Made by a program: the position numbers and the translations under genes
Assembly (NCBI GenBank): GCA_017499595.2
Contig: CM038998.1
Coordinates: 2,666,001 to 2,730,000, forward strand
Direction of reading: 5' to 3'
DNA: 64,000 nt
Source of the DNA: Psilocybe cubensis
Taxonomy: Eukaryota
Part shown: positions 41,901 to 55,206 of the stretch, piece after piece
Numbering within the stretch: the first letter of the stretch is position 1
Layout: each line of letters begins with the position of its first letter
Notes under the pieces: model-generated
What the model saw: the letters and a program-made list of their open reading frames with translations, nothing else
Told to the model about the DNA's origin: nothing
Databases searched by the model: none

Positions 41901-43955
41901 AGAGAGGGTGTGCAGAAATCAAGAATGTAATAGACAGGTATGTACCGAGTGAGCCTGCTGTAGGATACATATGTCAAGTGGTTCTACAAACACGGGTATT
42001 GGTTCCATACGAAACCCACGCTCGACTTGACGTACAATATAAAGAGTGAATGCATGGGCGAGCGGTGGAAAAGATACCCATTTAATCCGTTTTCTCTCGA
42101 TTGGCTAGTTCTGAGCTGGAGCAACTCGAAAAGAAGCGAGACTATGTAATTTAAAGGCCTAAAGTGAGGAGAGTAACATAGACATTGTTCAACAAGCATT
42201 TGTTAACATTAACAAAATGAAAATGTGCTACAACTTGTCTGCTCAATTGCCGGGGTTATCCGAATTCTCACCCGAAGGCGTAAGACATGCCGAAAAAACG
42301 ATTATAATAAACGCGCAAATGGAAAGCTATACAGAATATAACCGAGGTACCCAGAAAGTTTGAGTATTTATTGAAGACCAGCTTCCCATTGTCCGTATCT
42401 AACACGACGAACTATTACTCGGTACACCGACCTGTTATTCAAGACATCGATGTGCACTTAGAAACAATCCTCTCTTGCTCAAGGAATGCAAGGTTTGCTG
42501 CAAGCTCGGAGTACTTTGACAGTTTTTGAGGGGATATTGGGTGATGATGGATCCATGATAACCCTTCCTCAGTTTCTTGTCGACTCTGGTATGAAGAAAG
42601 TCAAATAAGTTGCAAAGAAATATTCAGCACAATTTTTGAAACCTACCCCATCGCTATAAGCCTCGGAGTGCAATCGACGATCACGAAGCTTTGCCCTCCG
42701 CAACAATCGCCGTTGTATAAGCGATAGACGGGGCTATGAGAAGGGTTAAAGTGAATTTTAAATAGAAACATACTGTGAACACGTACTTTCTTGCCATTTG
42801 AAGAAGTCGGGTGATCCTCAAAGCCGGCACACTTTAGAGATAGTAAATTAGTAACACTATACCAAGGATCAGCAAAAACGGCGCACGTCAAGTGGTGGAT
42901 GTGTGGGCAAGTATAGACGAGTTGGAGGATACGGAGGATAGACATTGAAGTCTATCTTGAAGCGTGACTGGGACCACAGATAGAGATGTTCTGCATACGT
43001 GGGGGGTGCATATCCCCTCGGCATTGGAAATTGAGAAGGGGGCAATGAAGAAGGGTCTGTAAAGAGTGGAAAAGGAGGGGGAGGGGGGGGATAGATTGCT
43101 GCAGAAAGAGGTGTATCATATAGAGGATTAAGAGACTCACGAGGCATCATGCCCCCGTTTACTGATTGAATTATATGACGGTGACGAGGCACCTTTCCCC
43201 CGTCCACTGATTGATGCATATGATGGGACGACATGCCTGAAATTGAAGAAAACGGTAAAATTGTTTAAATAGAAAAAGCAGGGATGGCTGCAGGTGCTTT
43301 CTGGCGTCGCCTCAGTGCAAAATAGCTATGATGCAGCTTTGATCAATTGATTTCAGGATACTGTTTATGTTATGGACTTGCTTCGACCGACTCAAGAATC
43401 TCGTACGCGGCTGCCTTGAACAGTCCTATCTCAATTGAGCGGCGTGGGAATTATTGGAAACCAGGACGAGATTTCATTGGCTCATGATTCAATATCTCCA
43501 AAACGACGCTCCATTGGTCAGATCACTCTCGTTAACTTAACCTAACCTCTATGCGTGTGAATTTCTAGTACTTAAGTTTGACATGGCATGCTTTTCCCAC
43601 CCAACCAGCCTCATCCTTCCTCAATCGCTCGTAAAACCATACAGACCTTCGGCTTTGTTGGAGTAAGCTCCGTGATAATCCTCCTTGTTGGGTGCATCGT
43701 GCTATACTTGTCCCTGTCTGTCACCTCTTCCTCGCCCTGCCCGTCTTCATCCTTACTGTCGAATCTCGCGAGTTTAAGCACGCAATATGCTTTTAAGGAC
43801 TGGGGTATTTTGCTAGACAGGGGTATTTTGCTAGACAGCCATCTGGAATAATCAGTATAGAATAAGCTAAAGAACCTACCTTTACGTATATAAGTCCCCT
43901 GAACATTTTTTTTGTTGTGCGAGTTCTTTTCAACTTGACCTCTAACCACTCTAAA

Positions 43956-44622
43956 ATGAATGCTTCCCCCGACATGAAAATCCTCAGCTTTGAGGAGATA
44001 CTAAAAATCGAAGCCGAAGTACTCCAACAATCCTCCCCCCATTCATTCCACCCATGTTCCTGTTCAAGTTCGGGCACGGAGTCCGAAAACGCACCGTACA
44101 GTGAAGCTCAGTTTAATGCGCATATGAAGGCTGCGGTGGAGATTACCAGATTCAGGTTGGAAAAATCGACCCTAGCTCTATTTGAATTTGTCGTCGACCA
44201 AACGAACTGGAATATGGACTCAAACCTGCTTCAGCTGGGTGAGGACAAGATTTCGGAGGTGGAAATGTGGCATGAAAAGCCTAAGGTGAGTTTATGCCGA
44301 TTCTGTTTTTCTACGGTGTCCTTACGTAAATCCACCGTGCATAGACACCCCTTTGGGACTCCCCAAAGTACACACCGATGCACGTCGCGTCTTATACAAC
44401 AACCGGCTGGACATTCATCCACGAGATAGAGGTGAATACTTTATTCCCTTCAACCAAGGAATAAATGCCTATGTCTCGACTCAGAGTCTGCTAGCACAAT
44501 ACCAAGAATGGAAGGATAAAGTATCGCAGTCCGCCCAATACTCGAAATCACAGACTTCCTCCACAACTCCTGGCTCAGTTTCCGCAATTTTTCCAACTGC
44601 CGAGCCCAACAGCATGGCATAA
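43956..44622 (+). CDS. Hypothetical two-exon gene or pseudogene
   Basis: MNASPDMK..WHEKPK|gtgagt intron, then ..GLPKVHTDARRVLY..; frame join imperfect. Confidence 0.3.
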
Positions 44623-45799
44623 TGGACATCAAGTGTAACATCGTCTGTCGGGTTTTCACAGTGCCATATGAACCTCTCCACGTTCCTTCACCTCCAATTT
44701 TTCACAATTGATAGCCAAGTACACTTGAATCATGTTACGTTACAAAAAATTAAGTCATATCGAATGTTTTTGTTTTCGTCTTCGGGTTGAGCGCAATTTT
44801 TTGCTTAATGAGCATTTGTGGAGCGTAACCGCCTGAGCTCACTGTTCATTTGCGTCAACACGATTGGCATGCCACTTGCTACAGAAGATGCAGCGCTGTA
44901 ACTGGGAATCCCCTCTACGTAGTGTGCTGAACTTATCTCCATCTACATTCCGATTCACACCCGGTCCGTCGACGACCAAATTGACAAGTGACTTTCGAGA
45001 ACATGTGCTTTGAGATGGCGACATCCCTCGATGGCGGCGATCGACACGAAACCCCTTCACAAGGTATGTCCCGGCGGTCCACGGACCGTTTGAACTCTGC
45101 GGTTCCTCCTCCACCCCCCCAGCCTCCTTCGCCCACCGCCCCAACACCACCCGCAGGACGCGGACCTACGCGCACCCGCGTGCGACTTCGCTCGGTACAT
45201 GGTGGGGTAGCCTGAAACACCCTCACCTACCCGCTGACATACATTTCTTGTGACTCGGTGTTTGGAGGTGCGTGCATGCTGAGGGACGTGCGCGAGTGGC
45301 TGAGAGACGCGCATGAGCGTCCAATCGTGCTGATGGAGCGTGGGAATTATAACTTCCAACAAAAATTTGATCTCTTTCTTGCACTCATCGCTCTATACTG
45401 GATAGGGCTTATATAACTAAGGCTTGAAACATCGTTTATATCATATCTATTGTAATATATATTGAATTACAGTAAATTTAGCACAGCCGAAGTTGACGTC
45501 GACTGGTGAAGCACCGTACGCTCTGAAACTTCAAAGATTTCTTCTTCGAAAAGCTGTAGGAAGTCCCTGTCGTCTTTCTCTGAGACAGGTTGTTCTGAAC
45601 ATTAAGCTGAACAGGCTTCTTCAATAAGGCAGACATCAGGAAGGTCTGAAAACTGTGGAATTTGCTGACGACGGAAGGCGAGCCAGGTCGCCAGCGGCTT
45701 CACACCCGCGAGGCGCCGTGGGAACAGGCGAAAAATCTGTATAAACTTCTTGGCTCAATATGACCCGGACCAGGGAGATTGTCTGCTGGAGAAAGATTT

Positions 45800-47430
45800 T
45801 CATGAGATTCCTAACATATGGTGTAGGTAATAAGCAGATGCTGCTGGGAATAAGAACAGAAAAATAACAGTGGCGCAAAAGCAAAACAAAGCAGTTAAAA
45901 AGCCTGTGGGATACACCGTTTTCCCCTCATTTTTGACTGGATAAATCTATCATGTTGTCAGTTCACAGACCGGATTAACGTGCTATCAAGAAGCACCTTT
46001 TCCCACCTCCAGGCCGTGAGCATCCCCGAATTCGATCCCCCGACGAGAGTATGATGTTGAAAAGAGACCTAGTAAAGAGCCGACTTGATAATTTATAATA
46101 GAATTCTGACAAAGTCACACTTACATCAATGCTACGATAGACATCTTTGTTCCAAATCAGTCGACATTCCATGACCTGGGTGAGTACACCCACTCAACCA
46201 GGAAAGTCAGGTCTTACCTTCTTCCAAGAGGCCCTGTAGTCGATGCATTACGGTCTTCGTGGAAATGTGATAGATAGACAAACAACCACCATCTCCGACA
46301 ACCACCGTTTCGTTGTCAAAATAATGGATGCCAATAGTTACATTAAATCTCGCAATAATGTCCTGTGGTATCGACACAACGTGGTTAAGCATCGGTAAAG
46401 AAAATACTTCGACGCCGTTGAGAAGATTCGTAAAAGCAACTTTGCTTTGATCTTCACTAACGTCCAAGTTTCCTCTAGAAAAAAGACCATTAGCATGAAA
46501 TGTCAATACACCAGAGAGAAATATCATCACATCCTTCTATTAATGACAGTGGCACGCAGAAACCTCCAAGGTCGTAAACGGTACAGGGCTCTAAAAGGTA
46601 ATATCAGCAAAGTATTTGTATCAGCAAAGAATTTGCCGGAGAACGCGTCACCCACAAGGCACTTTGTTGTCCTGCTGGATGGGAGTCGACGAAGGACACC
46701 AGAAGTGTTGCATCCCGGAGAAAATGAACCGAATGAATTCGCTTATGCTCTAAAACGGAATATGAAAGTCCAATGGGAATCTGACTACGTGTGATGCTTT
46801 GGTTCTTCAACTGTATTTGGTCCAGTGTCGATAAAGTGAAGACAGACTCGGGCTGAGATGCCGCCAAAGGGCGAACCCCAACCTCCCATAGCTGTAAGCT
46901 CATATTTCCAACCGCGGCAACCAGGTTCTCTCCTGAAGAAATCCCTTCGATGGGACCACACATAGAGCATTTCAAAGCCAAGTTGAACTGAGGCAACCGC
47001 TGAGCCTGTAACGGAGAAAAATACATGTCAACAAGGGCAATGGGACACAGATTCTATACATGCCTTTGTCCAAAAATTGAAGAAAGACCGAGCTGAACGA
47101 CGACGATAATATAGGTTGACCGACCCATCAATAGATCCCACCCAAACGGAGTCAAAATGTTCACTCATATTTGCCCAATGTAACACTGTAACTTCTGAGC
47201 CAATAAAGATGGTTTGATCAAGTGTGCCAGTGGATGTTCTCCACACTTTTACTGATTTTTTTCCTGTGGTTCATTGGGTGGGTAACGACGGCAAGCCAGA
47301 TCAATATTTAAATATAGGACACACCTCCAGCAAGTATTTGAGACCCATCTGACGTTAAACAACAGCTCTGGATGGTCTCTTTCGTATCAAAAGACGATAT
47401 CTGTCTGAAGAGATCAGTCCCGGAGTCCAT
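45800..47430 (-). CDS. Divergent WD40 propeller protein with C-terminal TM anchor (copy 2)
   Basis: IQSCCLTSDGSQILAG|GKKSVKVWR..VTVLHW..VGSIDGSVNLY; AFTNLLNGVEVFSLP; GGSNSGMLTAWRWEK|..GFLTALFCFCATVIFLFLFPAASAYY..*. Confidence 0.7.
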
Positions 47431-49152
47431 CGGCACGACTGTGAGTTGTGGAGAGATGGATGTATGGGGTCGGAAATGTCCTCTGAATCAGTAGGATCAA
47501 ATTAGCCCAGTGGTGGATGTTGTCCAGATGAGGTAAGCGCTGATGTCGCATTTACTTTAGCGTGCGCGAACTCAGGGAAACAAATTAGTGCAAATGTGTA
47601 AGAAAACATTGTTCTCGTGCTTAATCCAACGCAAGTGATGTTTTTTTAAAACATAGATATTTTCGAGATGATGCTCTAGACCACAATGGCCAAAGAGATG
47701 ACCAGTAAACTTTTGCTGCACCGGCCGAGAAAAAAAGTCATCTATTCTCTTAAGTATAATTGGCTCTTGATTCAGATCTTGACCCTAGTGACATTTTCGG
47801 AAGCGATGTGGAGTTTGAAAGGTAATCATGCCAGCAGTTTTGCAATTTGTGTGGCCCGTACAGGGAAAGAAGACTTCGAAAAAGGACTGTTCACTGCATG
47901 CTCACCATACTAAGGGGTGTATAATTGAATGACAAGCACTGCCTGTGGCCCCCGACCCCGACGGTCCAAAATTGCAGGGTCAGTAATCTCCAAACATGCA
48001 GTCAATTACAGAACTGGTGAGAACCGGAGCAGTTTCGGCTCGCACACCGGGGTTGTGCGGACCAATCCCCTGTAATGAATAGCAATTGAGCCAATCGCAA
48101 TAAGATTTGAATTCGGTTCAGTGCATGATAGCATGATAAGGCCGTCAATTTTTGAGGGATCATCTTTGCGTGAAACCATCATCAAAGCATTTGCTTATTC
48201 CAGCATCTTGAGCTGGTCTATCTATTCTTGGTTTAGTGGTCGCCACCAATCTAATTCTTTGCATCCTCTCAGCCACTGCCATCGAGCTATATACTACTTG
48301 TGCCGAAAATGTCTGTGGATCAACTCATAAAAATTCGTCCGGACTCCGGAGTCAGTATGAAGTTTAACGTCTTTCCGGTTGAGTGAACATCTGGCTGATA
48401 GTAATTAGTACGGTCAATATACTCATGAGTCGTAAAATCATCATCTTTATAATGAATACATGATAAGTCTTATTTGAAGTATTGTATCCAACAAATGATC
48501 CTCTGTGCTTTATCGAGGTTAGGTTGCAAGAAGAAAAGTCCAGGCTGATCATTAACCGACCACCCCCGGTGTGGCATGAGGCTTAGGCGCTGCCAGGACT
48601 TGGTCTGGACTCTGGATTCAGTTCGGTAAGGTCACGAGGTGTCCAGCTCATGATCCCCTGGCACATCCAGTGATGATCACTGCGAGTTGCCGACCATATC
48701 GGATTGTTGGCCAGTTGGGCCATCGTTGATTTATTACTCCTGGCCCCTTCACTTGACGTCACAGATGGTAGTAATTTATCTAGCAGACACAAATTAGATT
48801 AGTATCCATGCATGGCTGGCTGAAACCTTTGCTCTTGCCTGTAGATATAGTATGTAGGATTAGCCTAGTATACCACAAGGATTTTGTTCATTAATTTTAA
48901 TTTCTGCATCTCACTTACTGAGTTAGTTGCTTTGAATTAGTGGAGTGGGGTGAATGGAAAGTGAGATGTCATTGCGACTGCCGCGACTGACCGCGTTGCA
49001 TTCTCGTGTATGACATTTTGTGCAGGTTCACGAGAGCAGCCGGGTTTGGGTGTGATTGTTGATCCGCCATTGGCATCGGTCCAAAGATACCGCTATGTAA
49101 CACTATTCAAATTCAAGCTCAAGTTACAAGCCACAATAACATGTATTCAATG

Positions 49153-49674
49153 CTAATTATCTTGTTTCCCCATATCAAGCAACCTTTTTACGGTATTATC
49201 CTTCTCCGGGCCTTTGAGCAAAGCTGACAAGATGTTAAACCAACCACGAATAAAAATGAACGGGATCAAAATCGACTTTTTTCCTTGTATGTCGAAGGTA
49301 TGGTTTTCGATAATGGCAGCCCTAAGGTGGTTTATAATACCTACTAGCAGTACGGTGGGGTCGAATAGATATTTTGACGGATCCTGTTCATCCAATTTCT
49401 TTGAAGTGTTAGCGAACCACTTCCTCAAAATCTCTGAATGAAGTGCATCTCCATCAGCGATATGTCCCTCGAAGAATGTCATACAATCAATCACGGTTTT
49501 GAGTGCATAGGTTGAAAATGAGAAAATGCTCGATTTTGTGAATATTTGATCCATGCTGGTATTGTTGACTTGGCTGATGAACAGGAGGCAGGGTGTTGTG
49601 TTGATATTGACAAGCTCATGAAAAATGACGCTGGAGTCGGGTGTAATCGTATTCTCGTGACTGGACTTTTGCAA
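49153..49674 (-). CDS. Hypothetical protein or fragment
   Basis: 173-aa helical-looking ORF; no motif recognised. Confidence 0.3.
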   Translation of the reverse strand: MQKSSHENTITPDSSVIFHELVNINTTPCLLFISQVNNTSMDQIFTKSSIFSFSTYALKTVIDCMTFFEGHIADGDALHSEILRKWFANTSKKLDEQDPSKYLFDPTVLLVGIINHLRAAIIENHTFDIQGKKSILIPFIFIRGWFNILSALLKGPEKDNTVKRLLDMGKQDN

Positions 49675-50580
49675 ATCGATTGTAGTTAAGTCTGACGGGT
49701 TCGCGAAGCTGAGGCTAGACGATACGGTTAAATATGCCCCGCATTACACTCCATTCTACACCTACATGGCAATCCGCACAATAATCTTCTTTTCCGGCCA
49801 TATGAGAAATACAGTCGTGTCTGGGATGTCGATTGTAAGTTGTTCTGTGATTTTGTATGGGTTAGGTTATGTTACGTTGTAAATATAATAATGTGGTTCA
49901 AACCGGGTCCAAGCCAGACGCAAACAACCAGTTTGTCGAACGTCAAATCCCACCGACCTACTGGTGATAAGTAGGCGAGTTTATGATATATTCCTATGGT
50001 TTGAAATGTGGTCGTATATGGCCTAGAAATGATCAAGAATCCGACATCATGTCGAGTCCCGCCATCTGGAGATTTAGTAGAAGAGAGCGAAGTCGAAGCC
50101 ATATGAAGATTATTTTACTTGGAATGGTCGACTAGTATATATTTCCCGCCCATACTTGGCACTGGAATAACAAAAGCTGTGCCCAAAAGGCTATCAAGGT
50201 TTTCAAGCCCGAGTATGTACCCACAGCCACCGCTCCGCATATTCTAGGATTCTAAAAATATCAATTGACGACATCATGGCTCGATGTTTGTTTCGGAGGT
50301 ACATAACTAGCTAGGCGCTTGTAGGATTGTATCCCGGGCTGATGAGAATCTGTATTATGACACTTTTAGGCTACATCAGTTATGTGGGTTCCTAGGTAAC
50401 CGGTAGGTGACGCATTCCTATTGTCAATGGTTGTCGATGAAGCAATGACAAATACTGGGTTGCAGTTCGAAACTACGTTTATTTCTTGAAAACTCACAAT
50501 AAAGTAAAAGTGTTCAACAATAGCATCGCAAAGTTTAAATTGCACAGTGCAACTTTCGTCAGACACTGTAACGCATAGTT

Positions 50581-51322
50581 ATGCCCAAAGCCCACTCAAC
50601 TCCCAGACACGTCGACCTTGCAATGCTTCGTTGGAAATCGGCCCAGAAACCTGATTTCAAGAACAGATTTTTGTACTCAATGCCCAGGCAACCGTCTGTC
50701 GAACAGTGCGGTACCGCAGAAGAAAAGGGAACACCTTCCAGAGCAAGAATCATCGCAATTTCATATTCGCCTTCAAAGCCGACTGCCTCCTCAGTTCCAC
50801 CGGCAACTACGCTCAACTCGGCTTCTATGAATCGGGGTCTGAGCCACAGCAACGCAAATGAGTCAATGCAAACCTCTGGTGCGCAATATAACAAAACGAA
50901 GTCAATCCCGAAACCCGCCAACTTAACAATCGGTCGATTCGAGCCGTTTCTGCAATGGTCTAAAGGTGACTATGCAGGTGTCAAGGCAGGTTTTCCACAA
51001 TACATTTTATTTCCATTGACTTACATTGAAATAGGCTACCATCAAATCCCTTGCGGAACAGCATTTAGACCTTGGAATGCCGCTCAAGGATCAGAAGAAA
51101 GAACATCTGGCTATTCTGACAAAAGAGGTGATTTTGGCCACCATTTACTGTACAAGACTTTTGACGTGATCCGGGCATTGTTCGTACCAGGCAACGAATA
51201 TCTGCCCTGTGTTGGCTCAATATGAAGAAGATTGGGCTACTAAAGAATTTCTTCGAAGGCTGTTGAAAAACACCTCCTCGAGATCAAGGCCTAGGAGTTC
51301 GCAAAAGGCAAAAACGCCCTGA
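50581..51322 (+). CDS. 'IPKP..W..Y / YExxW..LKN' family protein, paralogue 1 (3 exons)
   Basis: SIPKPANL..LQWSKGDYAGVK|ATIKSLAEQHLDLG..KE|ATNICPVLAQYEEDWATKEFLRRLLKN..KAKTP*; first intron needs a GC donor (AAG|gcaggt). Confidence 0.65.
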
Positions 51323-51500
51323 TACGTAATGCGACATTTCATGGACGGGCTAATTTTTTAATTTTGAGTACATTATTTAGACGTATGTACCACATAATTA
51401 CACAATTTCTATCATAAGTTGACATGGGAGTGAAGTGTCAAATTTATGATAAAAGCTCTTCCAATGTGCTGAAGAGGCTCAGGCCGCATTTGACATCCTG
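51290..51500 (+). repeat. Dispersed direct repeat B, copy 1 (copy 2 at 61326-61539)
   Basis: ~211 bp near-identical, cctaggagtt...gacatcctg. Confidence 0.92.
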
Positions 51501-52427
51501 ACACCAGGTGTATGCATCCATCGCGGAGATGTAAATCACATACGATGCAGAGATGTCAGGCCACGGTATACAACACTGTCGGAGGGTGCCATGAGAGGAA
51601 GGGATCAGGCCGTAGGTTTCCCACCTCCCATCACCCACATTCTTCTCGTCGGAGAAAACTTCAGCACATACAACAGCACCAACCGTCTGCCTCTCTGCAG
51701 GATGCACCAGGCTAAAATGCTTTCCACGGTCAGCTTTAGAGAATGCAATGGACGACGACCAAGGGTCGGAAATTGCGAATACATAATTCAAAATCTCCAT
51801 CCTCATATTGGGTGCTACAACTCAATCTCTCATATTGTACACTGTCGTCCAATCTGCCATCTCTCATATCCTTCTCTGTACATTTCTTCAAATTCTAAGA
51901 TTCCATCTCTCATATCAGATAGTGTGGTCGTCGTTCAATCACCCTCATACCGGACGCCGTCGTTTCATCTGCTCCCTATCCCCTGTCTCATAGTGTGTGC
52001 CGCTGCCCAGTCTGCATTGTTCTTGTGGGAGGCACATGTCACTGCTGTGACGATGTGTGGTGGCAAAGGGTGGTCAAAGCACGAGTCCGACAGTCTTGTT
52101 AAGAAAAACCAATTTCTCTTTGACGATTCACGCTAGGTTTCAAGCGAGCGGTGTAGCCCACAATCTGGGGACGTGTGTCAGACAAATACCAAACGCGCGC
52201 CCCGATTAAACATTTCCACGAGACCACGTAGCATACTGTACGGGGACTATTACATAGACGGCTTACATGCTTAATCAATATATAGCTGCAGATTTGAGTG
52301 TTACAGCTTCGTTTAAAGCTCAGTTGGCCTTGCCCGAAATCAGCACCCGAAATAGCACAAGATACAAAAACTTTGTTTTTTTTGGACACACAAGGAAATG
52401 GGTACAAGAAATAATATATACATGTAG

Positions 52428-54040
52428 TTAATGTTCCGAATGACGGGGTCCTTTCATGTCCTGCCACTTGGAGAACATTGACAATCCAAATTCCCATCTT
52501 TTGCTGTCGTTCTCCTTGTGCGCTGCGAGTTCTTCGCAAGAAAGTGTCGCGAGGTAATCTTCCCGCGTCTTGAATCCGTGTGAAACCCACCGAAATAGTC
52601 CACCAGAAGTGTATTGGGCGAATGAATATCGACGTTCATGTTCAGCCACAGGAATGTTGGAATGGGCGATGAGAGCCGAAGGAATAAGGATGGTACAGCC
52701 GGCAGGGAATTCAATGACTAATTGGAGATCCCACAGAACAAGATGACCGCCCTTTGTATAATCAAATGTGCCCAGCGCCGTGATGGCGCAGAATCCGAAG
52801 GCCAGATTGGCATAATCCTTGTGTTTGTAGCAAACAGTCCTTGGACCGAAGTTGTAGGAAACGGCACTGAAGATGCTGTCGCGGAAAATTCGCACAAGAT
52901 GACGGTGTTCGTTGTGGAGACCGTCGAGCATCGTGGCATAGTAGTTGAAGAGCGACGAGGCCCAGGTACACATAACAGCTAGACGAATAGAAGATGAGAA
53001 AAAAATTAGTTTCGAATAAGCGAGAATACATACAGGAAGCAAAGCTCGCGAGACGTTTGAACGCCTTCATACCGTTCAATGCCTTTAAGATGTCAGCGTT
53101 GTCTCCATCAACTAAATTTCCTGGCACTTCCTGACCGCCACCGTACGAAACTCCACACCGAAGAGCTTTGAAAGCGCCACGTCGATGAATGAGGTCGTTC
53201 TGGGAAACACTATCTCGATGTGACTCGAGAGCATCAGCGGCCTCCTGCATGAGTTGAGCCCAATCCTTGTCATCTGGGTGGTTGGCGACGACGCCGATGA
53301 TGCGGTCTTCAGAGTCAACGATAGCAGTTGGTTTGCTGAACAACCATAACGTCAAAATTAGTAAACAAGAAGGAGACATAATAAGACCTGGTCGCTTTCA
53401 CTAGCTTGAACTGAAACTTGGAATCGGGGCCTACAAGGTCAGCCAGGGTAAAAACCGGCTGCGGCTTGCGGCGAGTACGCGATTTCAAAAACGCCCGTCT
53501 CCGCTTGCGTGTATTGGGTGGCGGATCCAAGGCGGTGAAAGCGGTGCTCGTCACAGGAAGATCATGGACGTCGATTTCGCAGTGTACCGAGGTCGACATC
53601 GAAGCGGGGGTCTTCTGGGATGTAGCTTTCTGCGATGCCCTAAAGGCGTGTACACGGTACGACAAAGCTTCAGCAGCTTTTTCGCGCCGTTTCGAGCGCG
53701 CGTTCTTGGCGGACATATTACGTTTGAGTTTCCTTTTCTGGGCACTGGATATGGTGTTGGAACAGGCGGTATCAATCGAGGAGAGTAGATCAAGGGTACT
53801 GGATGAGGGATCAAAAGTGGCAGATGGTGGACCAAGAACAGAGTGAGGGGTGGTTGGGAAAGATTCGAGCGCGGGTAAGGTCGATGGGGAGGATACGATA
53901 GGGCTTGTGATGTGTACAGCGGCACACATTTTAGGACTCGGTGGCGGCGAAACATCCTCGTTCATGCCCTCCCACTTGAGTGCTTGAATGAGGCTGGACA
54001 CCAAGTTGAACGACGCATCGAGGACGACGAGACCCAACAT
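52428..54040 (-). CDS. TET/JBP-family 2OG-Fe(II) nucleobase dioxygenase (3 exons)
   Basis: HRRGAF..GVSYGGGQEVPGNL; FSAVSYNFGP..HKD (HxD)..GGHLVLWDL..EFPAG..IPSA..HSN (distal His)..RRYSFAQY (2OG Arg); introns at ~53387-53336 and ~53034-52980 keep the frame. Confidence 0.9.
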
Positions 54041-54146
54041 TTCAAGAAAAACCTAAATACTAAATGCACGCTTTGAGTGTGGATGTAGTCGGTAAATGGG
54101 GAGGACAAGGGGAGAAAAAATCTCTGGCAAAGGCACAAATGGCGCT

Positions 54147-54175
54147 GCAGTGTATGTCCGTGCCCGAACATTCCT
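54147..54175 (+). repeat. 29-bp motif ~110 bp upstream of the TET start, identical to 37180-37208
   Basis: Exact sequence match. Confidence 0.9.
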
Positions 54176-55206
54176 GCAGTACCAAAAGTCTTTGGATCCA
54201 GGTGAAAGAAGATTGGGGCGGGGAGAAATAATGTCCTAGTTAGGCCTCACCTGTGATTCGCGAATCGCGAGAGAGCGCGAACAACTCAGAACACCAAGGC
54301 CAAGGCAAAGCGTAGGCGTCACGGTATTTGGGAGCGAAGGGAAGATGATGAGATGAGATGAGATGATAAGAAAGCAACAAAAAATGTCACGATGATGGAG
54401 TCTCTGTCACCGTTCACGTCGATGCGGTCAGGTGACATTTCACATCGCTCGGAAACTACGATGCATACTTATCCGAGGCAATGCTCATGTTGACAGATCT
54501 CTACTCTACGTTCGTTGGAGTCCATTAAATAAATGAAGTCGAAGTCGTCCGGATTATTTCAGTAATGAGAAGACGCCCATCAAACGCGCGCGCACCACCC
54601 ATGGAGACGATTTAAAATGGCCTGCTCCGTCGACAACTTCCGCGGACCGGAAAGGTGTGTATCCTGCTTGAGAACACAGAATCGTATTAATAGTATTAAT
54701 GAATTTATAGGGCTATTCAAAGCTTGCCGCAGATATTGTAGCCTATTTTAGATGCAGTACGTGCCGCAACGGGATGGAAAATCACTCTGATCGCAGGAGG
54801 CCCAGAACTAGCAGGCGAACATCTTATTAGGTTCGTAGTAAGTTTATTTGTTGGTTTGGATATCTCATCTACGACGTGCGTTACTTCAGCGTTTATTCTG
54901 GAACGACATCGGGTGATGTCAAGATGCATTTAGTCAGTCAGAGCGTGTTGACTACAAAAACTCATAGGCACATCATCCGCATCTTTGGTAGTTTTTGCAA
55001 GCCCCCGTTTTCCACGTTGTTAACTTGTAGCCATTTTCAAATTCCAACAATATTACGCATATTTATTACCCTTTTCTGTGGCACATACCGCCAGGACACG
55101 CTATTGTTTACTCATTTTACATTGAGTTTAGTTTAATAATTACTCGTGCCCAATAACTCTTCAGACGATATGGAGTCATTGGACACCAGTAGGGATCTAG
55201 GAGTCG

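Noticed and set aside
43802-43838. Short tandem duplications (18 bp here; 15 bp at ~58237-58266; gatga repeats at ~54350)
   Set aside because: Simple slippage products; no spacer structure and no CRISPR-like array.
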